Part shown: one piece after another, positions 1 through 10,747 of the stretch
How positions within the stretch are numbered: the first letter of the stretch is position 1
How the letters are laid out: the number at the start of each line of letters is the position of its first letter
DNA from: Macrostomum hystrix
Lineage: Eukaryota > Animalia > Platyhelminthes
Length of the DNA: 64,000 bases
Assembly (NCBI GenBank): GCA_950097015.1
Contig: CATNEN010000008.1
Span: 1,302,001-1,366,000 of the forward strand
Reading direction: 5' to 3'
Translations under genes and position numbers: made by a program
The notes under the pieces: generated by a model
What the model saw: only the letters and a program-made list of their open reading frames with translations
The model's database searches: none
What the model was told of the DNA's origin: nothing

Positions 1-120
1 TTGGCTAAGGAATGTACATCCATTATCTTCTAAGAGGCTCATTGGCTAAGGAATGTACATCCATTACCTTCTAAGAGGCTCTTCTAAGAGGAATGTACAA
101 GAATGTACATGCATGGCTAA
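1..120. repeat. Short ~41-bp tandem duplication (TTGGCTAAGGAATGTACATCCATTA.CTTCTAAGAGGCTC)
   Basis: Two full copies and partial copies visible. Confidence 0.75.
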
Positions 121-146
121 GGCGGAGAACAGCACGGAGCTCTCAC

Positions 147-3100
147 TTGAGCAGCACGGAGCCTCTCTGCAGCAGCAGTCGAGCAACCTTCAGGTGACCG
201 CCCTCGGCAGCCAGATGCAGCGGCGACCGGCCCATCCGGTTCACGATGTTCAGCAGCGCCGGGCAGGCGTCAATCAGATTTCGGCAGATGTTGAGCCTGC
301 CGTAGCTAGCGGCAAAGTGCAACGGCGAGCTGCTGTCAAAATTCAGCACCTGGCACTGGGCGCCAAGCTGCAGCAGGATGCCCGTGACAGCCAGGTTGCC
401 CTTCCGCGTCGAATAGTGCAACGGCGTGCAGCCGAATGCGTCCTTCTGGTTGAGCTGCTCCGTGCACTTCTGTTTAGCAATTGTTATTTTATAACCCGGT
501 TGCTTGCTAATTTATTTTCTAAATCTAGGAAACCTCAGGTAACTACTTAGATAGCCGATTTCCCCAAAATCATAGATTTTTCCTAAAAATAATGTTTCCC
601 CCAAAATTGTCATGTTTTGACAAAAGCATTTATTTTTCCAAAGTAATCGAGATCTGAGATTTTACAAAAGTTTCCCTCAAAATCAACTTTTTATTTAAAA
701 ATCATTCGCTGACAATGAAATTAATATGGGATCAGAGCGAAGTGGGGATCAGAGCGAAGTTGGGATCTGAGCGAAGTTGAGATCTGAGGGAAGTTGGGAT
801 CAGAGCGAAGTTGGGATCTGAGGGAAGTTGGGATCTGAGCGAAGTTGTTATAAGAGCGAAGTTGGGATCTGAGCGAAGTTAGGATCTGAGGGAAGTTGGG
901 ATCTGAGGGAAGTTGGGATCAGAGCGAAGTTGGGATCAGAGCGAAGTTGGGATCTGAGCGAAGTTGGGATCTGAGCGAAGTTGGGATCAGAGCGAAGTTG
1001 GGATCAGAGCGAAGTTGGGATCAGAGCGAAGTTGGGATCTGAGCGAAGTTGGGATCTGAGCGAAGTTGGGATCAGAGCGAAGTTGGGATCAGAGCGAAGT
1101 TGGGATCTGAGCGAAGTTGGGATCTGAGGGAAGTTGGGATCTGAGGGAAGTTGGGATCAGAGCGAAGTTGGGATCTGAGGGAAGTTGGGATCTGAGCGAA
1201 GTTGGGATCTGAGCGAAGTTGGGATCTGAGGGAAGTTGGGATCTGAGCGAAGTTGGGATCAGAGCGAAGTTGGGATCAGAGCGAAGTTGGGATCAGAGCG
1301 AAGTTGGGATCAGAGCGAAGTTGGGATCTGAGCGAATTTGGGATCTGAGGGAAGTTGGGATCTGAGCGAAGTTGTTATAAGATCGAAGTTGGGATCTGAG
1401 CGAAGTTGGGATCTGAGGGAAGTTGGGATCTGAGCGAAGTTGGGATCTGAGGGAAGTTGGGATCTGAGCGAAGTTGGGATCTGAGGGAAGTTGGGATCTG
1501 AGCGAAGTTGGGATCTGAGGGAAGTTGGGATCTGAGCGAAGTTGGGATCTGAGGAAAGTTGGGATCTGAGCGAAGTTGGGATCTGAATGAAGTTGGGATC
1601 TGAGCGAAGTTGTGATAAGAGCGAAGTTGGGATCTGAGGGAAGTTGGGATCTGAGGAAAGTTGGGATCTGAGGGAAGTTGGGATCTGAGCGAAGTTGGGA
1701 TCTGAGCGAAGTTGGGATCTGAGGGAAGTTGGGATCTGAGCGAAGTTGGGATCTGAGGAAAGTTGGGATCTGAGCGAAGTTGTGATAAGAGCGAAGTTGG
1801 GATCTGAGGAAAGTTGGGATCTGAGCGAAGTTGGGATCTGAGGAAAGTTGGGATCTGAGCGAAGTTGTGATAAGAGCGAAGTTGGGATCTGAGGAAAGTT
1901 GGGATCTGAGCGAAGTTGGGATCTGAGGAAAGTTGGGATCTGAGCGAAGTTGGGATCTGAGCGAAGTTGGGATCTGAGGGAAGTTGGGATCTGAGCGAAG
2001 TTGGGATCTGAGGGAAGTTGGGATCTGAGGGAAGTTGGGATCTGAGGGAAGTTGGGATCTGAGGGAAGTTGGGATCTGAGGGAAGTTGGGATCTGAGGGA
2101 AGTTGGGATCTGAGGGAAGTTGGGATCTGAGCGAAGTTGGGATCTGAGGAAAGTTGGGATCTGAGCGAAGTTGGGATCTGAGGGAAGTTGGGATCTGAGG
2201 GAAGTTGGGATCTGAAAGAAGTTGAGATCTAAGAAGATTTAGTTGGGGTTTAATCATTGTTCGGGCAATAATAAACTTTATTTTCCTAAAATCAGCTATT
2301 TTCCCAAAAAATAGAGATTTATCACAAAATGAAAGATTTTTTTCCAAAATGAGCTTTTTCTCTAAAATCACCCAATTTCGACTTTGCCAAAACCAACATT
2401 TTCTTCTGAAATCATCCAATGCTTTCTAAAAAATCATGGATTATCCAAAATCAAAGGTTTTATAAGAAAGCGGATTTCCCCAGCTCGCTCACCCAGCAGG
2501 AGTCGCCAGCCACCAGCTCGGCCATGAGCTGGCTCGGTCCACTGGCGATGATGGCCAGGTGCAGGAAATTCCTGCCGTCACGATCCAGAGCGGTCACGTC
2601 GACTCCGTGACTCAACAGCAGGCTTAGACAATCCAACGCGGCCTGCCGAGCCGACAGGAGCAGGACCGTGTTGTCCTGACTGTCCCGCAGCTCCGGGTTG
2701 GCACCATGCTGCTCGTTGTGGTAATTTTAAACAAATAAATGATTGGACACAGTTGTTCTACTCACTCCTGAGCTCACACGCACATCTGCCCTGAATTCAC
2801 CATCGTTAGGCAGTGTACACTCTCAATGCGTCCTGGTGTTGGTCCTCACGGACATTCTAAACTAAGAAGGGGCAATGCCCCCCCTAGAGGTGTTGGCGAA
2901 TGCCACCCACGTCGCCAGTGACTCGAAGATACTTAGTTGTTTTTTACAGGCCATTGTTTTCTAGGAATTTATGAGCAAGTTTGGAGTAATTTGCAATCCA
3001 GTCTTTATAGTCAGCTTGTGCCATAAGTTCAAGGGGGTGGTCTAACGCGTTTGCCTCTCGCACCAAGGTCCCTAAGTTCGATTCCGCGGCGAGCCCTATT

Positions 3101-6100
3101 CATTTGGGGTGCAGCCGGGGAGAGAAGGCTTGGGGGGCTTGTCGTGCAATTTACGCCCTTGAGGGCCAACCTCCAAGGCACAGTGAGAGCGTACACTGCC
3201 TGACGATGAGAAAGTCAGGGCAGATGTACACACCTGTGTGAGCGTATGCCTGCGTACAGTATCTGTGTGCGAGTGTGCTCAGGAGTCAGCGAAATGGGCA
3301 GAATTGGCTCCTCGCTGGCTGCGGGTCTAGTGTCACCAAATGATTTGACATTGCCCGCAGCCCTTCGGCCAATAATTATTGACTGATTTGTATTATCATC
3401 GCACAATGAAGGCTGAGATGACGCCGACACTTGTGATGGACCCAAGTTGATTTTGAATCTATTGTCAGAATCAATGAATATCGGTTTATGCATCAGCGAT
3501 TGCACAGCTCGGAAATAAACTCGGTCAATGAAATCAGATTTTTCTCGCCTGTTGCAGAAGCATGCGGAGCGCCTCGGCTCTGTCAAAAATCACCGCCTTG
3601 TGCAACGGCGTCTGGCCGTTGATGTCCTTCAGCGTCAAGACAGTGGCAGCCCGCTGCGGCTGATGACGGAGCATCAGTTCCAGCATCTCAGCTTCGCCCT
3701 TCAACGCCGCGTGATGCACCGGCGTGCTACCGTCGCCGCCGACATTCGATTCGCTGTCGACGATTGGCTTCGAAGCGGCGTCGATGTCGGCACCCAGTTG
3801 AAGGCAGAGGCGAACGCAGGCGGGATCGCCGGAGGTCACCGCCAGGTGAAGCGGCAGGTTGCCCTCCAGGTCCGGGATGCGCATCAGAGATCCGGGCGGC
3901 AGTTTCAAGGTCTCTCGACCGAGGCGAGCCATAAAGTCCAGGCAGCGCTTGCTGCCGTGAATCACCGACACATGCACCGGGTAGCTGCCCAGCCGGCTGG
4001 CGATGCAGAGCTGCAGACCGCGGCCAGTCTTGACAAGTTCGGGTTTAGGTTTGGGGATATATTAATTATAAAAAAAATTGCAGAAGGGCTGTGGGCTGTG
4101 GCACATCATTTGGGGACACTAGACCCGCAGCCAGCGAGGAGGCAATTCTGCCCATTTCGCTGACTCCTGAGCACACATGTGTACATCTGCCCTGACTTTC
4201 TCATCGTCAGGCAGTGTACACCCTCACTGTGCCTTGGAGGCTGGCCCTCAAGGGTGTAAATTGCACTACAAGCCTCCAAGCCTTCAAATAAATGTGGCCT
4301 CGCCGCGGAATCGAGCTCAGGGACCTTGGTGCGAGAGGCAAACGTGTTAGACCGCTCTGCTACTCACCCCCCCTTGGGTTTGGGGAGGAGAAAGACACCT
4401 GGATAAAATCCCATAGCTTAATCCGAACCGCAGCGAAATGCAAATATCTAATTAAGGAAACAGAATTTTGTGACAATTTCTACAGGCTCGACTGTATAAG
4501 AATCTAAAGAGCTGGGATGTAGAATCTGAATGATTGACAGCTAGCCGTTAAAGCCACTATTACGGATGTTCATTCCATGGACTGTAGGGACGCCACTCCC
4601 ACCCACAATTATCCCAGCTAATGCTGGTACCCATTACTCATACAAAATTCAGAGTTAAGTGTTTTGCTAAAGGACACAAGTTTTTTCGGGAATCGAACCC
4701 CCAACCTTCAAGTCGCGAGTCCTACCACCCTCTTGATAGATTTTCTTCATTTTTGTTAAAAATGTAAAACCTATTCAGCAGTCATTAATTCTAGGCTTTG
4801 AAATGAAGCAGATAATATTTGCCCAAGTCAAGTTTCCCAGTTCAGGTGTTAGTTATAGAGGTCCGTGTTGGTTAGCCTACCAGAAATTCTAGGGCATCTG
4901 CTGAGTCCTTCAGGCAGGCAAAGTGAGCAGCCGTGTAGCCCTGATAGCCGACAATATTGACGTCTGCCGCAGGTGAACGGCACAGCTCACTGAGACAGGC
5001 AACCAGATTGAGCTGGCTGGCCAGGTGAATAGGCGCCATTCTCTCTGCCCGGGACAGCAAATTAGGCTTGGCGCCCAACTCAATAAGGCGACGAATAGAC
5101 AGGGCTTGATTCGAAGAGACGGCCTCGTGTAGGGGCGTGCGACCAATGTCATCATCGGAGTTTATGTCTGGGAAGGGCGTTAGTTGGTTTGGGTCTGGTA
5201 GATTCAGGTCTGGGAGAGTTAAGACTGGTAGTTTCGATTATGTTAGGTTCACGTCTGGTAGGTTCAAGTCTGGTAGGTTCGAGTCTGGTAGGTTCAAGTC
5301 TGGTAGTCTTGTAGGTTCGAGTCTGGTAGTTTCGAGCCTGGTAGGTTTGAGTCTGGTAGTTTCGAGTCTGGAAGGTTCGAGTCTGGTAGGTTCGAGTCTG
5401 GTAGGTTCAAGTCTGGTAGTCTTGTAGGTTCGAGTCTGGTAGTTTCGAGTCTGGTAGGTTCAAGTCTGGTAGGTTCAAGTCTGGTAGGTCTGGTAGGTTC
5501 GAGTCTTGTAGGCTCGAGTCTGGTAGGTTCGAGTCTTGTAAGTTCGAGTCTTGTAGGTTCGAGTCTGGTAGTTTCGAGTCTGGTAGTCTTGTAGGTTCGA
5601 GTCTGGTAGTTTCGAGCCTGGTAGGTTTGAGTCTGGTAGTTTCGAGTCTGAAAGGTTCGAGTCTGGTAGGTTCGAGTCTGGTAGGTTCAAGTCTGGTAGT
5701 CTTGTAGGTTCGAGTCTGGTAGTTTCGAGTCTGGTAGGTTCAAGTCTGGTAGTCTTGTAGGTTCGAGTCTGGTAGTTTCGAGTCTGGTAGGTTCAAGTCT
5801 GGTAGTCTTGTAGGTTCGAGTCTGGTAGTTTCGAGTCTGGTAGGTTCAAGTCTGGTAGTCTTGTAGGTTCGAGTCTGGTAGTTTCGAGTCTGGTAGGTTC
5901 AAGTCTGGTAGTCTTGTAGGTTCGAGTCTGGTAGTTTCGAGCCTGGTAGGTTTGAGTCTGGTAGTTTCGAGTCTGGTAGGTTCGAGTCTGATAGGTTCGA
6001 GTCTGGTATTTTCGAGTCTGGTAGTTTCGAGTCTGGTAGTTTCGAGTCTGATAGGTTCGAGTCTGCTAGTTTTGAGTCTGGTAGGTTCGAGTCTGGTAGG

Positions 6101-7601
6101 TTAGGGTCTGGTAGATCGGTTTTAAATGAGTCAGTTTAAATGAAAGTCTGACAGGATCAATAGAGTAAGCAGTGTTAGAAAAAAAAGTAGGCCTTAAAAT
6201 CCAATATTTACCTGATGGAATCGAGAAATTTACTTAGTCGAGTAAGATATTTAAACAAGCTGTTGACCTCTTAAAAACTTCTGTTGGGGTTGGATTGGGG
6301 TGGATGTGATGCCGCTAGAATCTAAATACAACTCGAGTTTGCTTTTTACTCTTAGATAATATTTATCTTTGAATCATCTAGCCTTGCACTTGAATTCGCT
6401 GTTACCTGTTTGCCTTGACAACAAATCAGCTGAGTAAAAGTGCACAGTTCAGAGAGACGATCGTGTTTACCATAGTTACGGTATAGTTACATTTGACTTT
6501 TGCAACATTCCTTGCAAGTTAATAGGGGATCATGGGATTGAGTGCTCGGAGTGAATAGAGATTATGGAATGGAGTGCTCAGATTGAATAGAGATTATGGA
6601 ATGGAGTGCTCAGAGTGAATAGAGATTATGGAATGGAGTGCTCAGATTGAATAGAGATCATGGAATGGAGTGCTCAGATTGAATACAGATCATGGAATGG
6701 AGTGCTCAGATTGAATAGAGATCATGGAATGGAGTGCTCAGATTGAATAGAGATTATGGAATGGAGTGCTCAGAGTGAATAGAGATTATGGAATGGAGTG
6801 CTCAGAGTGAATAGAGATTATGGAATGAAGTGCTCAGAGTGAATAGAGATTATTGAATGGAGTGCTCAGAGTGAATAGAGATTATTGAATGGAGTGCTCA
6901 GAGTGAATAGAGATTATGGAATGGAGTGCTCAGAGTGAATAGAGATTATGGAATGGAGTGCTCAGAGTGAATAGAGATTATGGAATGGAGTGCTCAGAGT
7001 GAATAGAGATTATTGAATGGAGTGCTCAGAGTGAATAGAGATTATGGAATGGAGTGCTCAGAGTGAATAGAGATTATTGAATGGAGTGCTCAGAGTGAAT
7101 AGAGATTATGGAATGGAGTGCTCAGATTGAATACAGATCATGGAATGGAGTGCTCAGATTGAATAGGAGTCATGAGAGATTTTGAGTAGGTTCTGCTCAC
7201 CCGCTCCCATGAGGGCCAGCAGCCCCAGGGTCTCTACTTGGCCCCGCTTCGCGGCAAAGTGCATCAAGCCCTGGCCGGATTCATCCGTTGCCCATAGCAA
7301 CGCTTGGTTGCCACGGAGACTCGACTTAAGATGATCAATCTTGGCGTCTGAAACCAACTTTTATAAAATATATAAGTATTGAAAGTTAATTTCTATTTAA
7401 TAGTTAAGGCCTTTCTATCCTTCTAAGATTCAGTATTCTCACATCAAAGATTGACTTCTCAGATTCGAACCCAGAGCCGCAGTTCTCCAATCGAGTTGCA
7501 CTGCCCGTAGCGTCGTCAGTCGTATCGGTCTCCATGGAAACCATAGAGATATTCGATGAAGCGTTTGAGCGCTTCATCAAAAGGTCCACAGCTGGCTTCA
7601 T
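147..7601 (-). CDS. TRPA1: TRPA1-family ankyrin-repeat cation channel, N-terminal ankyrin exons (gene continues left of window)
   Basis: Exons 7601-7443, 7357-7201, 5167-4881, 4028-3549, 2708(or 2711)-2493, 469-147 join in frame. The translation is a run of ankyrin repeats colinear with human TRPA1 as I recall it (MAPIHLA, GNLPLHLAV, TPLHKAVIFD, GRNFLHL, TPLHYS, SPLHFAASYGRLNIC, SPLHLAAEGGHLKVARLLLQRGS). The transmembrane region is not in the window. Confidence 0.88.
728..2225. repeat. 17-bp minisatellite (GAAGTTGGGATCTGAGC)
   Basis: Direct tandem array in a TRPA1 intron. Confidence 0.95.
2757..2832 (-). mobile_element. SINE family 1 partial copy
   Basis: CACATCTGCCCTGAATTCACCATCGTTAGGCAGTGTACAC matches the family body in reverse. 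Confidence 0.55.
3033..3375 (+). mobile_element. tRNA-headed SINE family 1, near full-length copy (TRPA1 intron)
   Basis: A-box-like TGGTCTAACGCG, B-box GTTCGATTCC, and a conserved body (CACTGCCTGACGATGAGAAAGTCAGGGCAGATGTACAC) shared with at least 7 other loci in the window. Confidence 0.75.
4083..4372 (-). mobile_element. SINE family 1 copy, inverted relative to the 3033 copy
   Basis: Reverse complement of the same head (GCAGAGCGGTCTAAC...CTCGATTCCGCGGCGAGG) and body. Confidence 0.75.
4570..4726 (-). mobile_element. Second tRNA-headed SINE-like element
   Basis: Minus strand reads GGTAGGACTCGCGACTTGAAGGTTGGGGGTTCGATTCCCG, then TTGTGTCCTTTAGCAAAACACTT and AATGGGTACC. Single copy in the window. 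Confidence 0.5.
5185..6115. repeat. 15-bp minisatellite (GGTAGGTTCGAGTCT) with 53-bp higher-order repeat
   Basis: CTTGTAG landmark recurs every 53 bp from 5701. Confidence 0.92.
6530..7165. repeat. 32-bp minisatellite (GGAATGGAGTGCTCAGAGTGAATAGAGATTAT)
   Basis: Direct tandem array. Confidence 0.95.
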
Positions 7602-7749
7602 GACTGCCTAGTTAAAGATGTGCACGGAATCTGAAATTGCTTCTAGCGAGACATTTTATAGACGAGACTACAAATCATCATTTATTTAAAAAACGTGAGC
7701 CAATGAGAACCTCTGACTTGCAAGCTCGTCTTGAGTTAGCACTGATCTG

Positions 7750-8690
7750 CTCGGATTAGCTCAGATCTACTCAAATATGCTCGGATTAGCTCAGATCTAC
7801 TCAAATATCCTCGGATTAGCTCAGATCTACTCAAACATGCTCGGATTAGCTCAGATCTTTTCAAATCTGCTCGGATCTACTCAATATGCTAGGATTAGCT
7901 CAGATCTTCTCAAATCTACTCAAATATGCTCGGATTAGCTCCGATCTTTTCAAATCTGCTCGGATCTACTCAATATGCTAGGATTAGCTTAGATCTTCTC
8001 AAATCTGCTCGGATCTACTCAAATCTTCTCAGATCTACTCAAATCTGCTCGGATCTACTCAAATCTGCTCGGATCTACTCAAATCTGCTCGGATTAGCTC
8101 AGATCTACTCAAATCTGCTCGGATTAGCTCAGATCTACTCAAATCTGCTCGGATTAGCTCAGATCTACTCAAATATCCTCGGATTAGCTTAGATCTTCTC
8201 AAATCTGCTCGGATCTACTCAAATCTTCTCAGATCTACTCAAATCTGCTCGGATCTACTCAAATCTGCTCGGATCTACTCAAATCTGCTCGGATCTACTC
8301 AAATCTGCTCTGATCTACTCAAATCTGCTCTGATCGACTCAAATCTGCTCGGATCTACTCAAATCTGCTCAGGTCTACTCAAATCTGCTCGGATTAGCTC
8401 AGATCTACTCAAATCTGCTTGGATCTACTCAAATCTGCTCTGATCTACTCAAATCTGCTCTGATCTACTCAAATCTGCTCGGATCTACTCAAATCTGCTC
8501 AGATCTACTCAAATCTGCTCGGATTAGCTCAGATCTACTCAAATCTGCTCGGATCTACTCAAATCTGCTCGGATCTACTCAAATCTGCTCAGATCTACTC
8601 AAATCTGCTCGGATCTACTCAAATCTGCTCGGATCTACTCAAATCTGCTCGGATCTACTCAAATCTACTCGGATCTGTTCAGATTCGCTC
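7750..8690. repeat. 20/30-bp minisatellite (CTCGGATCTACTCAAATCTG)
   Basis: Direct tandem array built from 10-bp modules. Confidence 0.93.
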
Positions 8691-8862
8691 ATCCGCTAGT
8701 ATTCCGGCTCCGAACTTGCCAAGACGACTCCATTTAAATGTCTGATCCGATTCGGCAGGTTCGAGAGGCATTCTAGTTAAATCGGTTTTTACTGCACTAA
8801 CGGAAAAGTCACACTTTGAATTTTTTAAATGACGGATTCTGTGCAACAAAGAAATTTCTTAC

Positions 8863-8875
8863 CCTTAGGAAACAT
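8863..8875 (-). CDS. Putative upstream first coding mini-exon of TRPA1 (ATG TTT CCT AAG G|gtaaga)
   Basis: Strong minus-strand donor G|GTAAGA at 8862. It joins in frame to the acceptor ggcag|TC ATG at 7603, giving MFPKVMKP. It lies ~125 bp downstream of a perfect X-box. No transcript evidence. Confidence 0.45.
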
Positions 8876-8998
8876 GTCTGTTGAGATGAGTTAGTGTGAG
8901 AATTGTGACTAGCTATTTAGTAATTCACGAAACCAAAAATGAACTGCCAATTTTTTCGCAACTCACAATGGCTCATAAAGAATTTATTCTTTTTGTTT

Positions 8999-9012
8999 GT
9001 TGCCATAGCAAC
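8999..9012. promoter_or_regulatory. RFX X-box GTTGCCATAGCAAC upstream of TRPA1
   Basis: Exact match to the 14-bp RFX/DAF-19 consensus GTHNYY-AT-RRNAAC. Confidence 0.6.
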
Positions 9013-9336
9013 TATAGCGTGAGCTGCATCAAAGAGAAAACCCTTTTTGCATCAAATGCATGCAAGGAACAATTTTTGGCAGGAAGGACAAAGTCTATTT
9101 CTCAAGATCTGTAGTATTGCACTCACTCAATGTACTAATAATGCGGTAGTTGGACTTGCAGAGATTTCTGCACGAGCAGAAGAATCTGTGTGCAGCAGTT
9201 TACCAGAATGTCTATGGTAAAATCTAGTTCAGGCGGCAGGGTCAACGCTCCACAAACACGGATGTTATATATAGAAGTCCTTGTCCAGGGTTCGGAGCCA
9301 TAGAATTGACATCTGCTAAATATTACCTAATATTTA

Positions 9337-9738
9337 GGCTTGATCTGTGAAATTGGATAAATTCGCGTCAGGGTGTCTATAGTGGCCTAATTCCACCTGT
9401 TGTAGCCCTTGAAGGTCCAGCAAATCCCTCTAGATAACGGTATACCGGTAGGTGACCACCGAAGACGGAGATGATGCAGGTATATTCGGCTGACATGCAG
9501 ATAAATTTTGAAGGCCGCTTTGAAGCGTGTATGAAATACACTAGCGCTTATGGCAAAAATCAGACCTTCGGCCAGAAATATTGAATATCTCGACGGTCTG
9601 ACGAGCTGGCGACTTGATTTTTGTTTCAGAAGAAGCGCAACAAAAAGTTGGCCCGCGTTCTTGAGTTTCGTGTGCTTGCGTTGCTCCGTTCGGGTGCAGC
9701 ACAAAAAATTTCAGGGGGATTTTCCCCTTGCTAGTTCT
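9337..9738 (-). repeat. ~400-bp dispersed repeat, copy 1
   Basis: The reverse complement aligns along its length to 23530-23957 (e.g. AACTCAAGAAC..GGGCCAACTTTTTGTTG and GGCCACTATAGACACCCTGA). Its terminus also matches 41573-41640. Confidence 0.7.
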
Positions 9739-9754
9739 ATTGTGAATTGAATAT

Positions 9755-10747
9755 CCCGCTGGGACTCAACTCCGACATTTTGCAGACTGTTGGTTCGATT
9801 TCGGACCGAAATTCACACGAAATGTAATTTCGACCCGATTTTGAACCGTTTTAGAGCCGAATTTCATCTGCACTGTGTCGGATCAAAATCGGCTGACTGT
9901 CGGGAAAGTTTTGGACCGATTTTTCCAAGACTCACCCGAATTTCATTCCTGGTTTAATGCTCAAACAGTTTTTTACCTTACTTTGGCTACCAGTTGCTGC
10001 GCATGCAATCAACAGGAATGCAGATTATAATTTCCGACGGTTTTTATTTTTTGTATTTATTGTAAACAAGTGCCATTATAATTACACTAACAAAATAACT
10101 GTGAGCAGTGCAAAAAATCTGAAAGGTGTCCTGATCGCGACATGATCTTGTCTACAGTGTACTGTCTTTTAACTTTTTTGCCGTTGCGTACGCAGATCGT
10201 ATTAGGCAATTTTCTATGTTTTCTATTTCCACACGAGTTTCGTACTAACTCTTCAGATTTCCTCCTAGTTAAAACGCCAACTAGAGTTTCTATTTGATAA
10301 GCATGTACATGTACAGATAAATATCGATGAAAGTCGGGTCTTCAGTGTCGGGCGAAAGTCTTGTAGCAGTTGGTCCGACATGTAGAGATGAATATCGATG
10401 AAAATCGGACGGATATACATCGTCATATTTCTACACAGGTGAAAGTCGGAGTTATTTTGGGTGAAAGTTGCAGTTGTCGTTACGGTTTTTTGAAAAATCG
10501 ATGAGTCGTCGATTTTCTCGGGCCGATTTTTCACTTTTGGTCCGACAAAAAACCGATGAAAATCGTACGAAGATGAATGTCGATCCGTTTTTTATCTTTT
10601 GTTTGCGACTTTCAAAATCTTTGCCCAAAATCGACCCGACGGCACCGACGCCCCAACAAGATGAAAATCGGGAATAAATCGGCCCGATTTTCCCTTCGTT
10701 TGTGTCGGGCCGTTTAAAGTTGAATTTCGGAGTTAGGTCCCAGCGGG
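9755..10747. mobile_element. Non-autonomous DNA transposon (~993 bp) with 21-bp TIRs and subterminal CCGA/TCGG repeats
   Basis: Left CCCGCTGGGACTCAACTCCGA (9755-9775) and right TCGGAGTTAGGTCCCAGCGGG (10727-10747) are a 19/21 inverted match. Dense CCGA/TCGG motifs near both ends; no credible transposase ORF. Confidence 0.7.

Noticed and set aside
53-550. Long opposite-strand ORFs (53-550, 3528-4163, 21676-22143, 52668-53525, 59413-59964)
   Set aside because: Antisense shadows of GC-rich real exons; no recognisable protein motifs.
1310-2419. 369-aa ORF (SDPNFPQIPTSLRSQL repeats) and similar ORFs at 11208-11889, 19569-20470, 26763-27539, 33426-34289, 37094-37673, 61985-62414, 62947-63606
   Set aside because: These are translations of stop-free minisatellites lying in introns or intergenic DNA, with no splice or homology support.
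3033-3095. tRNA genes at the SINE heads (3033, 4372, 4726, 20930, 40747, 45420, 50830)
   Set aside because: Acceptor and anticodon stems do not pair properly, and most heads continue into a shared repeat body; these are SINE-type heads, not tRNAs.
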